From Chlamydiales bacterium (GTDB lineage: Bacteria; Chlamydiota; Chlamydiia; Chlamydiales; SM23-39): DNA of 32,000 nt. Positions 18,881 to 26,111 of the stretch are shown in pieces (the stretch's first letter is position 1; each line of letters begins with the position of its first letter). Location: positions 960,001-992,000 of the forward strand of contig OZ253438.1 in assembly GCA_965261025.1 (NCBI GenBank). The letters run 5' to 3'. A program made the position numbers and the translations under genes. The notes under the pieces are model-generated. The model made no database searches. It saw only the letters and a program-made list of their open reading frames with translations, and was not told the DNA's origin.

Positions 18881-19626
18881 GAAGATTGTAATCCAATCAA
18901 AGTGGCGTGCCTTCCTGTTTTCTTTTCTCTTCTGTGAGAAAAGAAATCTTTCTCATTACAAAAAGTGCACGAATCAGAAATCTCTATTTGACTATCAGGA
19001 ATCCCAACTCCGTTTAACTGCTTTTGCCCAATGGCCTTTAAATCAAAAAATCCTTCTTTCTGAAAACCCCAATACTCCTTAGGAAATCCCTCTTTGTAAG
19101 AAGAAAATTCCGCATGGTCCTGACATAAGGAAGCAGAAATAGCCACCAGTAAATTTTTAGGATCTACCTGAAATGTTTTATGTAAAGCCTGCACAGTTGC
19201 TTCAAAAATATGGGAAATAAGTCCTCTCCATCCTGCATGACACGCTCCAATGGTCTTTGTAATAGGATCAAAAAAAAGAGCAGCCTGGCAGTCTGCATGA
19301 GTTATAGCAAGAGCTACGCCTTTATCCTGAGTAATTAAACTATCTGCTTCAGGAAGGTTTTTTTCTGTTTTACGGACCACATACACTTTGTTTTTGTGAA
19401 CCTGTCTCGCATAAAAAATCTTTGGAAGGGGAAACTGCTTATGTACTAAATCCCTGTTTACCTTCAAAGAATCTGCATGATCTCCTACAGAAGAAGAAAG
19501 GTTTAAAGAGTGGAAAGGTGGTCTACTTGTTCCTCCATGCCTTAAAAAAGTTGCCTGCACAATTTCTGGATAAGAGGAGAGAATATCATACTCTATCCAT
19601 TCCAGCTTATCTCGAGAAAATTCCAT
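18877..19626 (-). CDS. pgeF: YfiH/PgeF family laccase-domain protein (peptidoglycan editing factor / purine nucleoside phosphorylase family)
   Basis: Contains QVHKNKV, THADCQAALFFD and CHAGWRG, the His-Cys-His site of the Cu-oxidase_4/YfiH family. Confidence 0.85.
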   Translation of the reverse strand: MEFSRDKLEWIEYDILSSYPEIVQATFLRHGGTSRPPFHSLNLSSSVGDHADSLKVNRDLVHKQFPLPKIFYARQVHKNKVYVVRKTEKNLPEADSLITQDKGVALAITHADCQAALFFDPITKTIGACHAGWRGLISHIFEATVQALHKTFQVDPKNLLVAISASLCQDHAEFSSYKEGFPKEYWGFQKEGFFDLKAIGQKQLNGVGIPDSQIEISDSCTFCNEKDFFSHRREKKTGRHATLIGLQSS

Positions 19627-19893
19627 ATACCGTAGCGCCTCGCGTGTCCCCTATTCTAAACAGATCTTATAATCAAAGCAATCCCTGTAATTAAGACTAC
19701 CTTTAAATCCTGCAACTAAAAAAAACCCGATTCAAGTTTTAGCAACACCAATGCATCAAAATTGTGCTAACCAGGCCAATTCAGAAGAAGAGTTAGGTAA
19801 AAATATCTAAGAGGATAAATAGGCAACCTGTTGCTAAATGTTGTTAGTTCTATCTACTTACCTGATGCGTCAGTTCCAGCTTATTTGGCCTAT

Positions 19894-21114
19894 TTAACTC
19901 TTCGTTCTATACAAAGCACACCCAAATCCTCCATCCCATCCTTTTGGATTCGGTAGAACCAGTACCTTTTTTCTTTTTCTCCATCCTTTTTTCTCTAAGA
20001 AATCACATATATCCTCATTTTCCTCAGGCAAAATACTACAGGTCATATACCAAATTTCTCCTTCTGGTTTTACCCAGCAACAGGCCTTTTCTATCCATTC
20101 TTTCTGTTTTTTTACTAACTCTTGTATAAAACTCTTGCTAAGCCTCCACCTAGCTTCTGGTTTTTTTCCCAAAACTCCTGAATTCGAACAAGGCACGTCC
20201 AGAAGAACAAGATCTACTTTTTCTAAAGGTTTTTTTTCTAAGGCACCTTGTAACAAGGTAACTTTCAGAGAATGCTTTTCCACATTTTCTCTCAGCCTCT
20301 CCAATTTTTCTTTGGAAATATCATTGGCATACCAAAAAACCCCTTCCCAAAGCAAAGAAGCACATAAAAGTTTTCCTCCGGGAGAAGAACAAGCATCCAG
20401 TCCTGTCTTAGGAGGGGGAAAAGAGTCTGCTAATGTCTCCATCAAAAACACAGGAGTTACGTTCTGGAGATATTCCGTTTTTAGAAAAGGCTTTACCCAC
20501 TTTTTCTCCTTAATCCTGGCAGCCACGAGCTTTTTTTCATAAAGTATTTCTGCTGATTTTGGATGCTCTTTTAAAAGAGCAGGCTTCTTTTCTTTTAAAA
20601 ATCGAATACAAGGAAGATAGGTCTGGTTTTGAGATTGGAGAATCTCTTCCACCTTCTTAGGATATACCTTATGCATTCTTTCTAGAAAAAAAGAAGGATA
20701 CGAATAATAAACTACAAGCCCTTCTTCTTTCCGAGGCGTCTTTATCCCCATACGAAGCACTTTTCTCAAAAGAGCGTTTATCCAGTCTGCTTTCTTTTTG
20801 CCAAAATGCTTCTTTGCAATCTCTACTGATTCAAAAACTAGTGCATGTTCTGGAATTTTTTGTAGATAAAGCTTCTGATAAAGAGCGGTCTGTAGCAGCC
20901 TTTTTTCAGATTGCGTAATCCTTTTATAAGGAATCTTCTTACACAAATGCTCTAAAGAGGCCCATCTCTTTATACAACCATAGGCTATCTCTTTCGCTAA
21001 GGCAAGGTCCCTTTCACAAGGGGAACAGCTCCTTACCCAAGAAGATAGCACAAGCTCTGCTTTTTTCTTCTCAAAGTCAACAAAGGCAAAAAATGCCGCT
21101 TCTCTTGCTTTCAA
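19894..21114 (-). CDS. rsmB: 16S rRNA (cytosine-C5)-methyltransferase RsmB/Sun with N-terminal NusB-like domain
   Basis: Contains DACSSPGGK (SAM site) and LLDVPCSNSGVLGKKPEARWR (catalytic Cys motif). Confidence 0.88.
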   Translation of the reverse strand: MKAREAAFFAFVDFEKKKAELVLSSWVRSCSPCERDLALAKEIAYGCIKRWASLEHLCKKIPYKRITQSEKRLLQTALYQKLYLQKIPEHALVFESVEIAKKHFGKKKADWINALLRKVLRMGIKTPRKEEGLVVYYSYPSFFLERMHKVYPKKVEEILQSQNQTYLPCIRFLKEKKPALLKEHPKSAEILYEKKLVAARIKEKKWVKPFLKTEYLQNVTPVFLMETLADSFPPPKTGLDACSSPGGKLLCASLLWEGVFWYANDISKEKLERLRENVEKHSLKVTLLQGALEKKPLEKVDLVLLDVPCSNSGVLGKKPEARWRLSKSFIQELVKKQKEWIEKACCWVKPEGEIWYMTCSILPEENEDICDFLEKKGWRKRKKVLVLPNPKGWDGGFGCALYRTKS

Positions 21115-21118
21115 AAGC

Positions 21119-21325
21119 TTACGTCTTTATGGGTCTTCTTCTCCCTGCCATGTCATACTCTATTTTTTTCTCTTCCCTTTCCACTTGTGCTTTTTCTTCC
21201 ACAGCCTCTTCTTTTTTTGCTTCCTGCTGTAAAGTTCTTTTCTCCATTAACTTCTCAACAGCCAATTCTGCCTGCAAACTCACACAAACAAAAAGAAAAA
21301 AAAACCCGATTTTTCCTTTTTTCAT
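21119..21325 (-). CDS. small secreted protein, signal peptide plus E/K-rich helix (68 aa)
   Basis: Starts MKKGKIGFFFLFVCVSLQA, followed by a highly charged segment. It lies 4 nt upstream of rsmB and 14 nt downstream of the OMP gene. Confidence 0.5.
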   Translation of the reverse strand: MKKGKIGFFFLFVCVSLQAELAVEKLMEKRTLQQEAKKEEAVEEKAQVEREEKKIEYDMAGRRRPIKT

Positions 21326-21339
21326 CTAATACCCCCATT

Positions 21340-22113
21340 TTAAAAATAAATAGATAATAAAGCCTTTCCTCCCCACTCGGTGAAATTATTTTGAGGAATA
21401 GCTAGAGTTTGCTTATCTAAGGTAGCTCCCTCTTTTCTTTCCTGCCAAAAAGGTGCCATACTTAGCTTCACACGAGAACAACGGCAACCAAACCAAAAAT
21501 CAAAAGGCAATTCCACCAAAAACTGAGAGTTTTTTCTCTGAAGTTTCTCCCTTTGATAAGGAAGAGTTTCTAATTTTAATGTAGGATCTAAGTCAGGTCT
21601 CCACTGGAAATGAAATCCCATATGAAAAAAGGGATAAATCGCATAGTCTAGCAAAAACCCTATGGGAAGATATATCGTAAAATACTCAAATAAAGTCGAA
21701 GAAAGCTCTCCTACATAAGGCTCTCTATCTTGCGATTCATAACAAAACCCAAGTCCCAAATAAGGCGTTGCAAGAAGCTTTTTCCCCTGCATTGCGGGAT
21801 AACTATAGCCTATTCTCGTCTCCGCCTGGGTCCTTTTCAGATCTCTTCCTGGAAAAATACTATCGGAAAGATCTCCCCATAAATACTCTCCAGATAAAAG
21901 AGCATATATACCCCCTTTTTTCTGGTAGCTATATCCTACCTTCAGTCCTGCTAAATATCCCTCTAAAGAAATCCCCTGGTCTGCCTGCATGAAAACCACA
22001 TTAGGCTCTTGCTCTATGTCCATTTTTACATAAGAAGCCTTGGGCTCTATAAAAAAACAAGAGCTCCCTAAAAGAAAGGCAGGCAAAAAAGCAAAGAATA
22101 AAAAATATTTCAT
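21340..22113 (-). CDS. putative outer-membrane beta-barrel protein, Cys-containing
   Basis: ATG at 22113 is preceded by GGAGGA with a 5-nt spacer. Signal peptide MKYFLFFAFLPAFLLGSS, alternating aromatic/hydrophobic strands, C-terminal ...LLSIYF, 5 Cys. Confidence 0.6.
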   Translation of the reverse strand: MKYFLFFAFLPAFLLGSSCFFIEPKASYVKMDIEQEPNVVFMQADQGISLEGYLAGLKVGYSYQKKGGIYALLSGEYLWGDLSDSIFPGRDLKRTQAETRIGYSYPAMQGKKLLATPYLGLGFCYESQDREPYVGELSSTLFEYFTIYLPIGFLLDYAIYPFFHMGFHFQWRPDLDPTLKLETLPYQREKLQRKNSQFLVELPFDFWFGCRCSRVKLSMAPFWQERKEGATLDKQTLAIPQNNFTEWGGKALLSIYF

Positions 22114-22173
22114 GGTTTCCTCCAAAAGATTTCTCCAATATAATTCATTCTTTCAGAAAAAATCGAAAAAAAA

Positions 22174-22878
22174 ATGCCGTTTGTTTCTGCTGTTTTGCTT
22201 TTAGGAGGGAGAGGAAAACGATTTGACCCAGAAAAACCCAAGCAGTTTTTCCTTTTACAGGAAAAGCCCCTTTTTCTATACCCTTTAAAAATTTTCTTAG
22301 AAAGCAATCTTTTCCAAGAAATTCTGCTAGTCATTCCTAAGGGATGTTTCTCTGAAGTCAAATCCTGGATTTATCCCTATCAAGACCAAATAAAACTAGT
22401 GGAAGGAGGAAAAACAAGACAGGCCTCCTCTTATCAAGCCCTTTTATCTTGTAATCCGTCAACAGAATATGTCGTAATCCACGACGCAGCAAGGCCTTTT
22501 CTCTCCTTTAAAATTTTGCAAGAAAATGTAAGAGCGGTTCAAAAACATAAAGCAGTGAACACCTGCATTCCTGCAAAAAGTACTATCACCTACTCAAAAA
22601 AAGAAAAAGCCTTTATAGAAAATATCCCTCCAAGAGACCAATGCTTTGAAGGTCAAACCCCCCAAAGTTTTTCCTATTCTTTAATTAGAAAGGCTCATGA
22701 AATAGCTCTTGCTAAAGACATCCAAGATGCTACCGATGACTGTCAGCTCGTTCTCCCTTTACATCCCATTAAAATAGCACTAGGAAGAGAAAATAATTTT
22801 AAAATAACCACGAAACAAGATTTGCATTTCGCTCAGTTTCTTTTAGAAGAAAAAAAATTGGTACCAGGAATTTTATAG
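22174..22878 (+). CDS. ispD: 2-C-methyl-D-erythritol 4-phosphate cytidylyltransferase
   Basis: Contains LLLGGRGKRF..KPKQF, VEGGKTRQAS, VIHDAARPF, GQTPQSF, ATDDCQL and NFKITT. Confidence 0.88.
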   Translation: MPFVSAVLLLGGRGKRFDPEKPKQFFLLQEKPLFLYPLKIFLESNLFQEILLVIPKGCFSEVKSWIYPYQDQIKLVEGGKTRQASSYQALLSCNPSTEYVVIHDAARPFLSFKILQENVRAVQKHKAVNTCIPAKSTITYSKKEKAFIENIPPRDQCFEGQTPQSFSYSLIRKAHEIALAKDIQDATDDCQLVLPLHPIKIALGRENNFKITTKQDLHFAQFLLEEKKLVPGIL

Positions 22879-22911
22879 AAAAAAAAATTCGCCCTTTATT
22901 AAAAGGACGAA
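22879..22911 (-). terminator. rho-independent terminator (minus strand); the hairpin is shared with convergent ispD
   Basis: TTCGCCCTTT-atta-AAAGGACGAA forms a 9/10-bp stem at 22888-22911. On the minus strand a T9 run (22879-22887) follows it. Confidence 0.6.
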
Positions 22912-22924
22912 CTTTACAAGGAGT

Positions 22925-23146
22925 TTATTCAGAAGCTGTCTCTTTCTTTACTTCCTCTTCTGAGCCAGTAACAGGAACTACTTCATTAGTATCTTGAGCT
23001 GTTTGAGAAACTTCTTCTTCTCCTGCAGGCTGCTCCGTTACAGAAGACAAGAGAGTTTGGCTTTTTTCTGTTTCATCCTCTTGAGCTTGTCCAATACTTA
23101 GAAGAGCCAAAGATGCCGCTAAGGCGAAAAATTTTGTATGTTTCAT
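22925..23146 (-). CDS. small acidic secreted protein (73 aa)
   Basis: ATG at 23146 is preceded by AAGGAG. Signal peptide MKHTKFFALAASLALLSIGQAQ, then an E/T/S/Q-rich low-complexity tail. The ORF-track start at 23206 lacks an SD. Confidence 0.55.
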   Translation of the reverse strand: MKHTKFFALAASLALLSIGQAQEDETEKSQTLLSSVTEQPAGEEEVSQTAQDTNEVVPVTGSEEEVKKETASE

Positions 23147-23252
23147 TATTAAATCTCCTTTTTTTAGAAAGCATGGAGAGACCACTTGCTCAACATGCCC
23201 ACTCATTGTAACTATTTCGCTGTTTCTGTCACTATAAAAAATTAGGTAAGAT

Positions 23253-23325
23253 TGAGACTTGATGGACTCGAACCATCGACCCTCTCCTTAAAAGGGAGAT
23301 GCTCTACCAACTGAGCTAAAGTCTC
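23253..23325 (-). tRNA. tRNA-Lys (anticodon UUU)
   Basis: Folds by hand into a 73-nt cloverleaf: acceptor GAGACTT/AAGTCTC, D arm GCTC..GAGC, anticodon loop CTTTTAA, T arm GATGG-TTCGAGT-CCATC. CCA is not encoded. Confidence 0.93.
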
Positions 23326-23331
23326 TCCGAA

Positions 23332-23406
23332 TGACCCCAAGGGGATTCGAACCCCTGTTGTCGGAATGAAAATCCGGTGTCCTAGGCCAGACTAGACGAT
23401 GGGGCC
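23332..23406 (-). tRNA. tRNA-Glu (anticodon UUC)
   Basis: 75-nt cloverleaf: acceptor GGCCCCA/TGGGGTC, anticodon loop TTTTCAT, T arm AGGGG-TTCGAAT-CCCCT. Closely parallels E. coli tRNA-Glu as I recall it. Confidence 0.92.
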
Positions 23407-23454
23407 TAAATTACTCATTCTAGTTTACCTAGAAGCTTACTTTCCCCGCAAGAA

Positions 23455-24006
23455 TTAAACCGACAAAATTTCCTTTTCCTTTTCTCCACAAAGAACATCA
23501 ATCTTTTTACAATATTCGTCCGTGAGTTCTTGGATTTTTTTCTCTTCTTTTTTTACCATGTCCTCTGGAATAAGTCCTTCCTGTTTTTGCCTTCTAACCT
23601 TCTCATTGCTCTTCCTTCTTTCTTCACGAATGGCAACCTTGGCTTCTTCCGCTTTTTTCTTGCAGTCCTTTACTACCAACTTCCGTATAGACTCATCCAT
23701 AGGGGGAATTTGAATGCGAATCACATTTTTATCCAAAGCAGCCCGAAACCCCAAATTCGCACTATCAATTGCCTTAGCAACCACTTGTACATTAGAAGGA
23801 TCATAGGGAGTTACTAAAAGCTGTCTCACTTCAGGAGAAGTTACATTAGCAAGCTCTTTGAGCCTCATCTTTGTCCCGTAAACCTCTACCTGCACAGAAT
23901 CTAAAATAGCAGGATTAGCCCTTGACGTTCTAAGAGATTTAAATTCCTGCTTTAAATGCTCTAAAGCACTCTCCATTCCTGCTTTTGCCTCATTTTGCAC
24001 TAACAT
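23455..24006 (-). CDS. frr: ribosome recycling factor
   Basis: 183 aa. Contains RANPAILDSVQVEVYG and LVTPYDPS. ATG is preceded by GAGGGAGG. Confidence 0.95.
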   Translation of the reverse strand: MLVQNEAKAGMESALEHLKQEFKSLRTSRANPAILDSVQVEVYGTKMRLKELANVTSPEVRQLLVTPYDPSNVQVVAKAIDSANLGFRAALDKNVIRIQIPPMDESIRKLVVKDCKKKAEEAKVAIREERRKSNEKVRRQKQEGLIPEDMVKKEEKKIQELTDEYCKKIDVLCGEKEKEILSV

Positions 24007-24111
24007 AGAAAACCTCCCTCTTAAAAAGACCCGACAGAGCTAATACAAGACTCTTTCAAACTAGGCAGAAACAGCCTAAGCTGACTTACTTCACAACAAA
24101 AAGATTCTTTT

Positions 24112-24963
24112 TTAAGAACCTACTTTCCAACGGAAAAAAGAAGAAATGCTCAATGAGCTCCCTAGCTCTTTTCCTTTTTTCCCTAAAAGCTGCTCTACAG
24201 TCAAAGAATTATCTTTTACAAATTTTTGACAAAGAAGACAGAATTGATCACAAAAACCTTGAAACTTTCCTGCTACAATCTTCTCCACTATATTCTCTGG
24301 CTTGCCTTTAATCTGAGCTCTTGCAATCTCTTCTTCTCTCTCTTTTACAGAAGAGGGAACCTCTTCTCGAGAAATATATTCTGGATTTTCCGCTACAACA
24401 TGCATCGCTATATCATAGGCAAGTGAAACAGCCTCGGAAGAACCTTTTAGCTGCACAAAAGAAACGATTTTCGATCCCATGTGAGAGTAAACCCCATAAG
24501 AAAACCCTTCTTTTTTAGGTATATACCGAACTCGCTTCAATACAATATTTTCCCCTAAAGCCTGAATCACTAAATTGCGATACTGCTCTAAAGTCAAAGA
24601 AGAATCAGACGGGGAGGGAGTCTTTTTTATCTGCTCTAGATCCTCTCCTTGTAAAGAAAGAACTACCGCCAACACTTCCGCTACATAAGACAAAAATTTC
24701 TCATTCTTTGCGACAAAATCTGTTTCACAGTTCATTTCTATAAAAGCAATTCCCTTCTCATCTTCCAAAGATTGAATGGCTCCTTCCTTAGCTTCTCTTC
24801 CCTCTTTTTTTACCGCAGAGGCCATCCCTTTTTTTCTCAAGTAATCTATAGCTTCCTGCATATTTCCGTGAGCTTCCACAAGGGCTTCTTTACATTTGCT
24901 CATACCCACTCCCGTGGTTTCTCTAAGCTCCTTGATCATCTCCATGGTAACTGGCTGCTTCAT
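24112..24963 (-). CDS. tsf: translation elongation factor Ts
   Basis: N-terminal UBA-like block IKELRETTGVGMSKCKEALVEAHGNMQEAIDYLRKKG, plus ETDFVAKNEKF. ATGA overlap with rpsB. Confidence 0.95.
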   Translation of the reverse strand: MKQPVTMEMIKELRETTGVGMSKCKEALVEAHGNMQEAIDYLRKKGMASAVKKEGREAKEGAIQSLEDEKGIAFIEMNCETDFVAKNEKFLSYVAEVLAVVLSLQGEDLEQIKKTPSPSDSSLTLEQYRNLVIQALGENIVLKRVRYIPKKEGFSYGVYSHMGSKIVSFVQLKGSSEAVSLAYDIAMHVVAENPEYISREEVPSSVKEREEEIARAQIKGKPENIVEKIVAGKFQGFCDQFCLLCQKFVKDNSLTVEQLLGKKGKELGSSLSISSFFRWKVGS

Positions 24964-25754
24964 GATGACTCTCCCTCTCCTCCGTCCAGCCTTTCCTCTC
25001 TTTCTTCTGCCTCTTTCTCTTCTTTGGCCAGAGCTGCTTTTGTTCTAGCTAAGTTAAGCTCTTCCTTTTTTTCCAAAATTGCCTTACAAAGAGCCCCTAG
25101 AACCAAACGAATACTTTTCAAGGCGTCATCATTACAAGCAATTACATAATCAATAGGATCTGGATCACAATTAGTGTCTACTAAAGCCATGACAGGAATG
25201 CCTAATTTATTTGCCTCAGAAACTGCTATACGCTCCCTGGAAGGATCTACCACCACTAAAAGCCCAGGAGGCTTTCTCATTTTTCTAATCCCAGAAAGAG
25301 CCTTATCTAGTTTCCCTTTCTTCTTCCCCAGCTGAGAAAGCTCTTTCTTTTTCAACCCTTCTGAACCAGTCTCTATCTGTTTTTCTATCCTTTCTAAGGT
25401 CTTTACCGATTTGCGAATCGTCGGAAGATTCGTTAAAGTTCCTCCAAGCCAACGTTCACAAACGTAAAACTCTTCGCACTTCTCAGCAAACTCTCGAATC
25501 ACCACTTTTGCCTGCTTTTTTGTTCCCACAAAAAGAACCGACTTCTTTTTGGAAATAACTTCCTTTACCACCTCTACGTTTTCTCTAATCTGATGGATCG
25601 TTTTTGCTAGATTAATGATATAAATACCATTTCTCTCCTCGTAAATAAAACGTCTCATCTTGGGATTCCATCTCTGCTTTTTGTGGCCAAAGTGCGCCCC
25701 TGACTTAAGCAAATTCTCGATGGTAACTTCTTCCTCTTCTATGAAAACAGACAA
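24960..25754 (-). CDS. rpsB: 30S ribosomal protein S2 with acidic C-terminal extension
   Basis: Contains LLKSGAHFGHKKQRWNPKM, ERWLGGTLTN and VVVDPSRERIAVSEANKLGIPVMALVDTNCDP. TTG start with AAGGAG 5 nt upstream. Confidence 0.95.
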   Translation of the reverse strand: MSVFIEEEEVTIENLLKSGAHFGHKKQRWNPKMRRFIYEERNGIYIINLAKTIHQIRENVEVVKEVISKKKSVLFVGTKKQAKVVIREFAEKCEEFYVCERWLGGTLTNLPTIRKSVKTLERIEKQIETGSEGLKKKELSQLGKKKGKLDKALSGIRKMRKPPGLLVVVDPSRERIAVSEANKLGIPVMALVDTNCDPDPIDYVIACNDDALKSIRLVLGALCKAILEKKEELNLARTKAALAKEEKEAEEREERLDGGEGESS

Positions 25755-25779
25755 GTAAACTCCTTAGGTTGATCTTTAT

Positions 25780-25850
25780 AGCGCCTGATCAGAATCGAAC
25801 TGACACTCGTAGCTTGGAAGGCTACTGTTCTACCATTGAACTACAGGCGC
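25780..25850 (-). tRNA. tRNA-Gly (anticodon UCC)
   Basis: 71-nt cloverleaf: acceptor GCGCCTG/CAGGCGC, D arm GTTC..GAAC, anticodon stem GTAGC/GCTAC with loop CTTCCAA, T loop TTCGATT. Confidence 0.92.
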
Positions 25851-26111
25851 ATCCCACCACCACTTTAAGGCGATTCAAATAGAGTAAGCGAGGAGAGAAT
25901 TTAATACAAGCTCCTTAAAGTTAACCAGGAAAATACGAAAAAAAGAATTTAATTACCCTTTAAGCAAGGTGAATGCCTCTGTGAAGTAAAATTTTACCCA
26001 GAATCTTAGTAAGAAAATCTTTTATAACAGCTTTCCTGGAAAAATTTTTGTAAAACCCCCTTTTAAAAAGGAGTTTTCGTGATACATTTTAAAAAAGAGT
26101 AGCTTATTCTT

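Noticed and set aside
19764-19800. SRP (4.5S) RNA-like string GTGCTAACCAGGCCAATTCAGAAGAAGAGTTAGG, resembling ACCAGGUCAGGUCCGGAAGGAAGCAGCC
   Set aside because: The apical loop would be AGAA, not a GNRA GGAA tetraloop. The conserved AGCA/GGAA symmetric-loop nucleotides are absent, and the flanks do not form the long closing helix.
24963-25035. About 70 nt of almost pure pyrimidine on the plus strand (possible H-DNA or repeat)
   Set aside because: It is fully explained as the complement of GAA/GAG/AAA codons encoding the acidic E/K-rich C-terminal tail of S2.
26037-26052. Sigma-54-like spacing TGG-N9-TTGTA about 60 nt upstream of pbp2
   Set aside because: The -12 element has GT instead of the near-invariant GC, and the -24 element matches only TGG. 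Such strings are expected by chance in AT-rich DNA.
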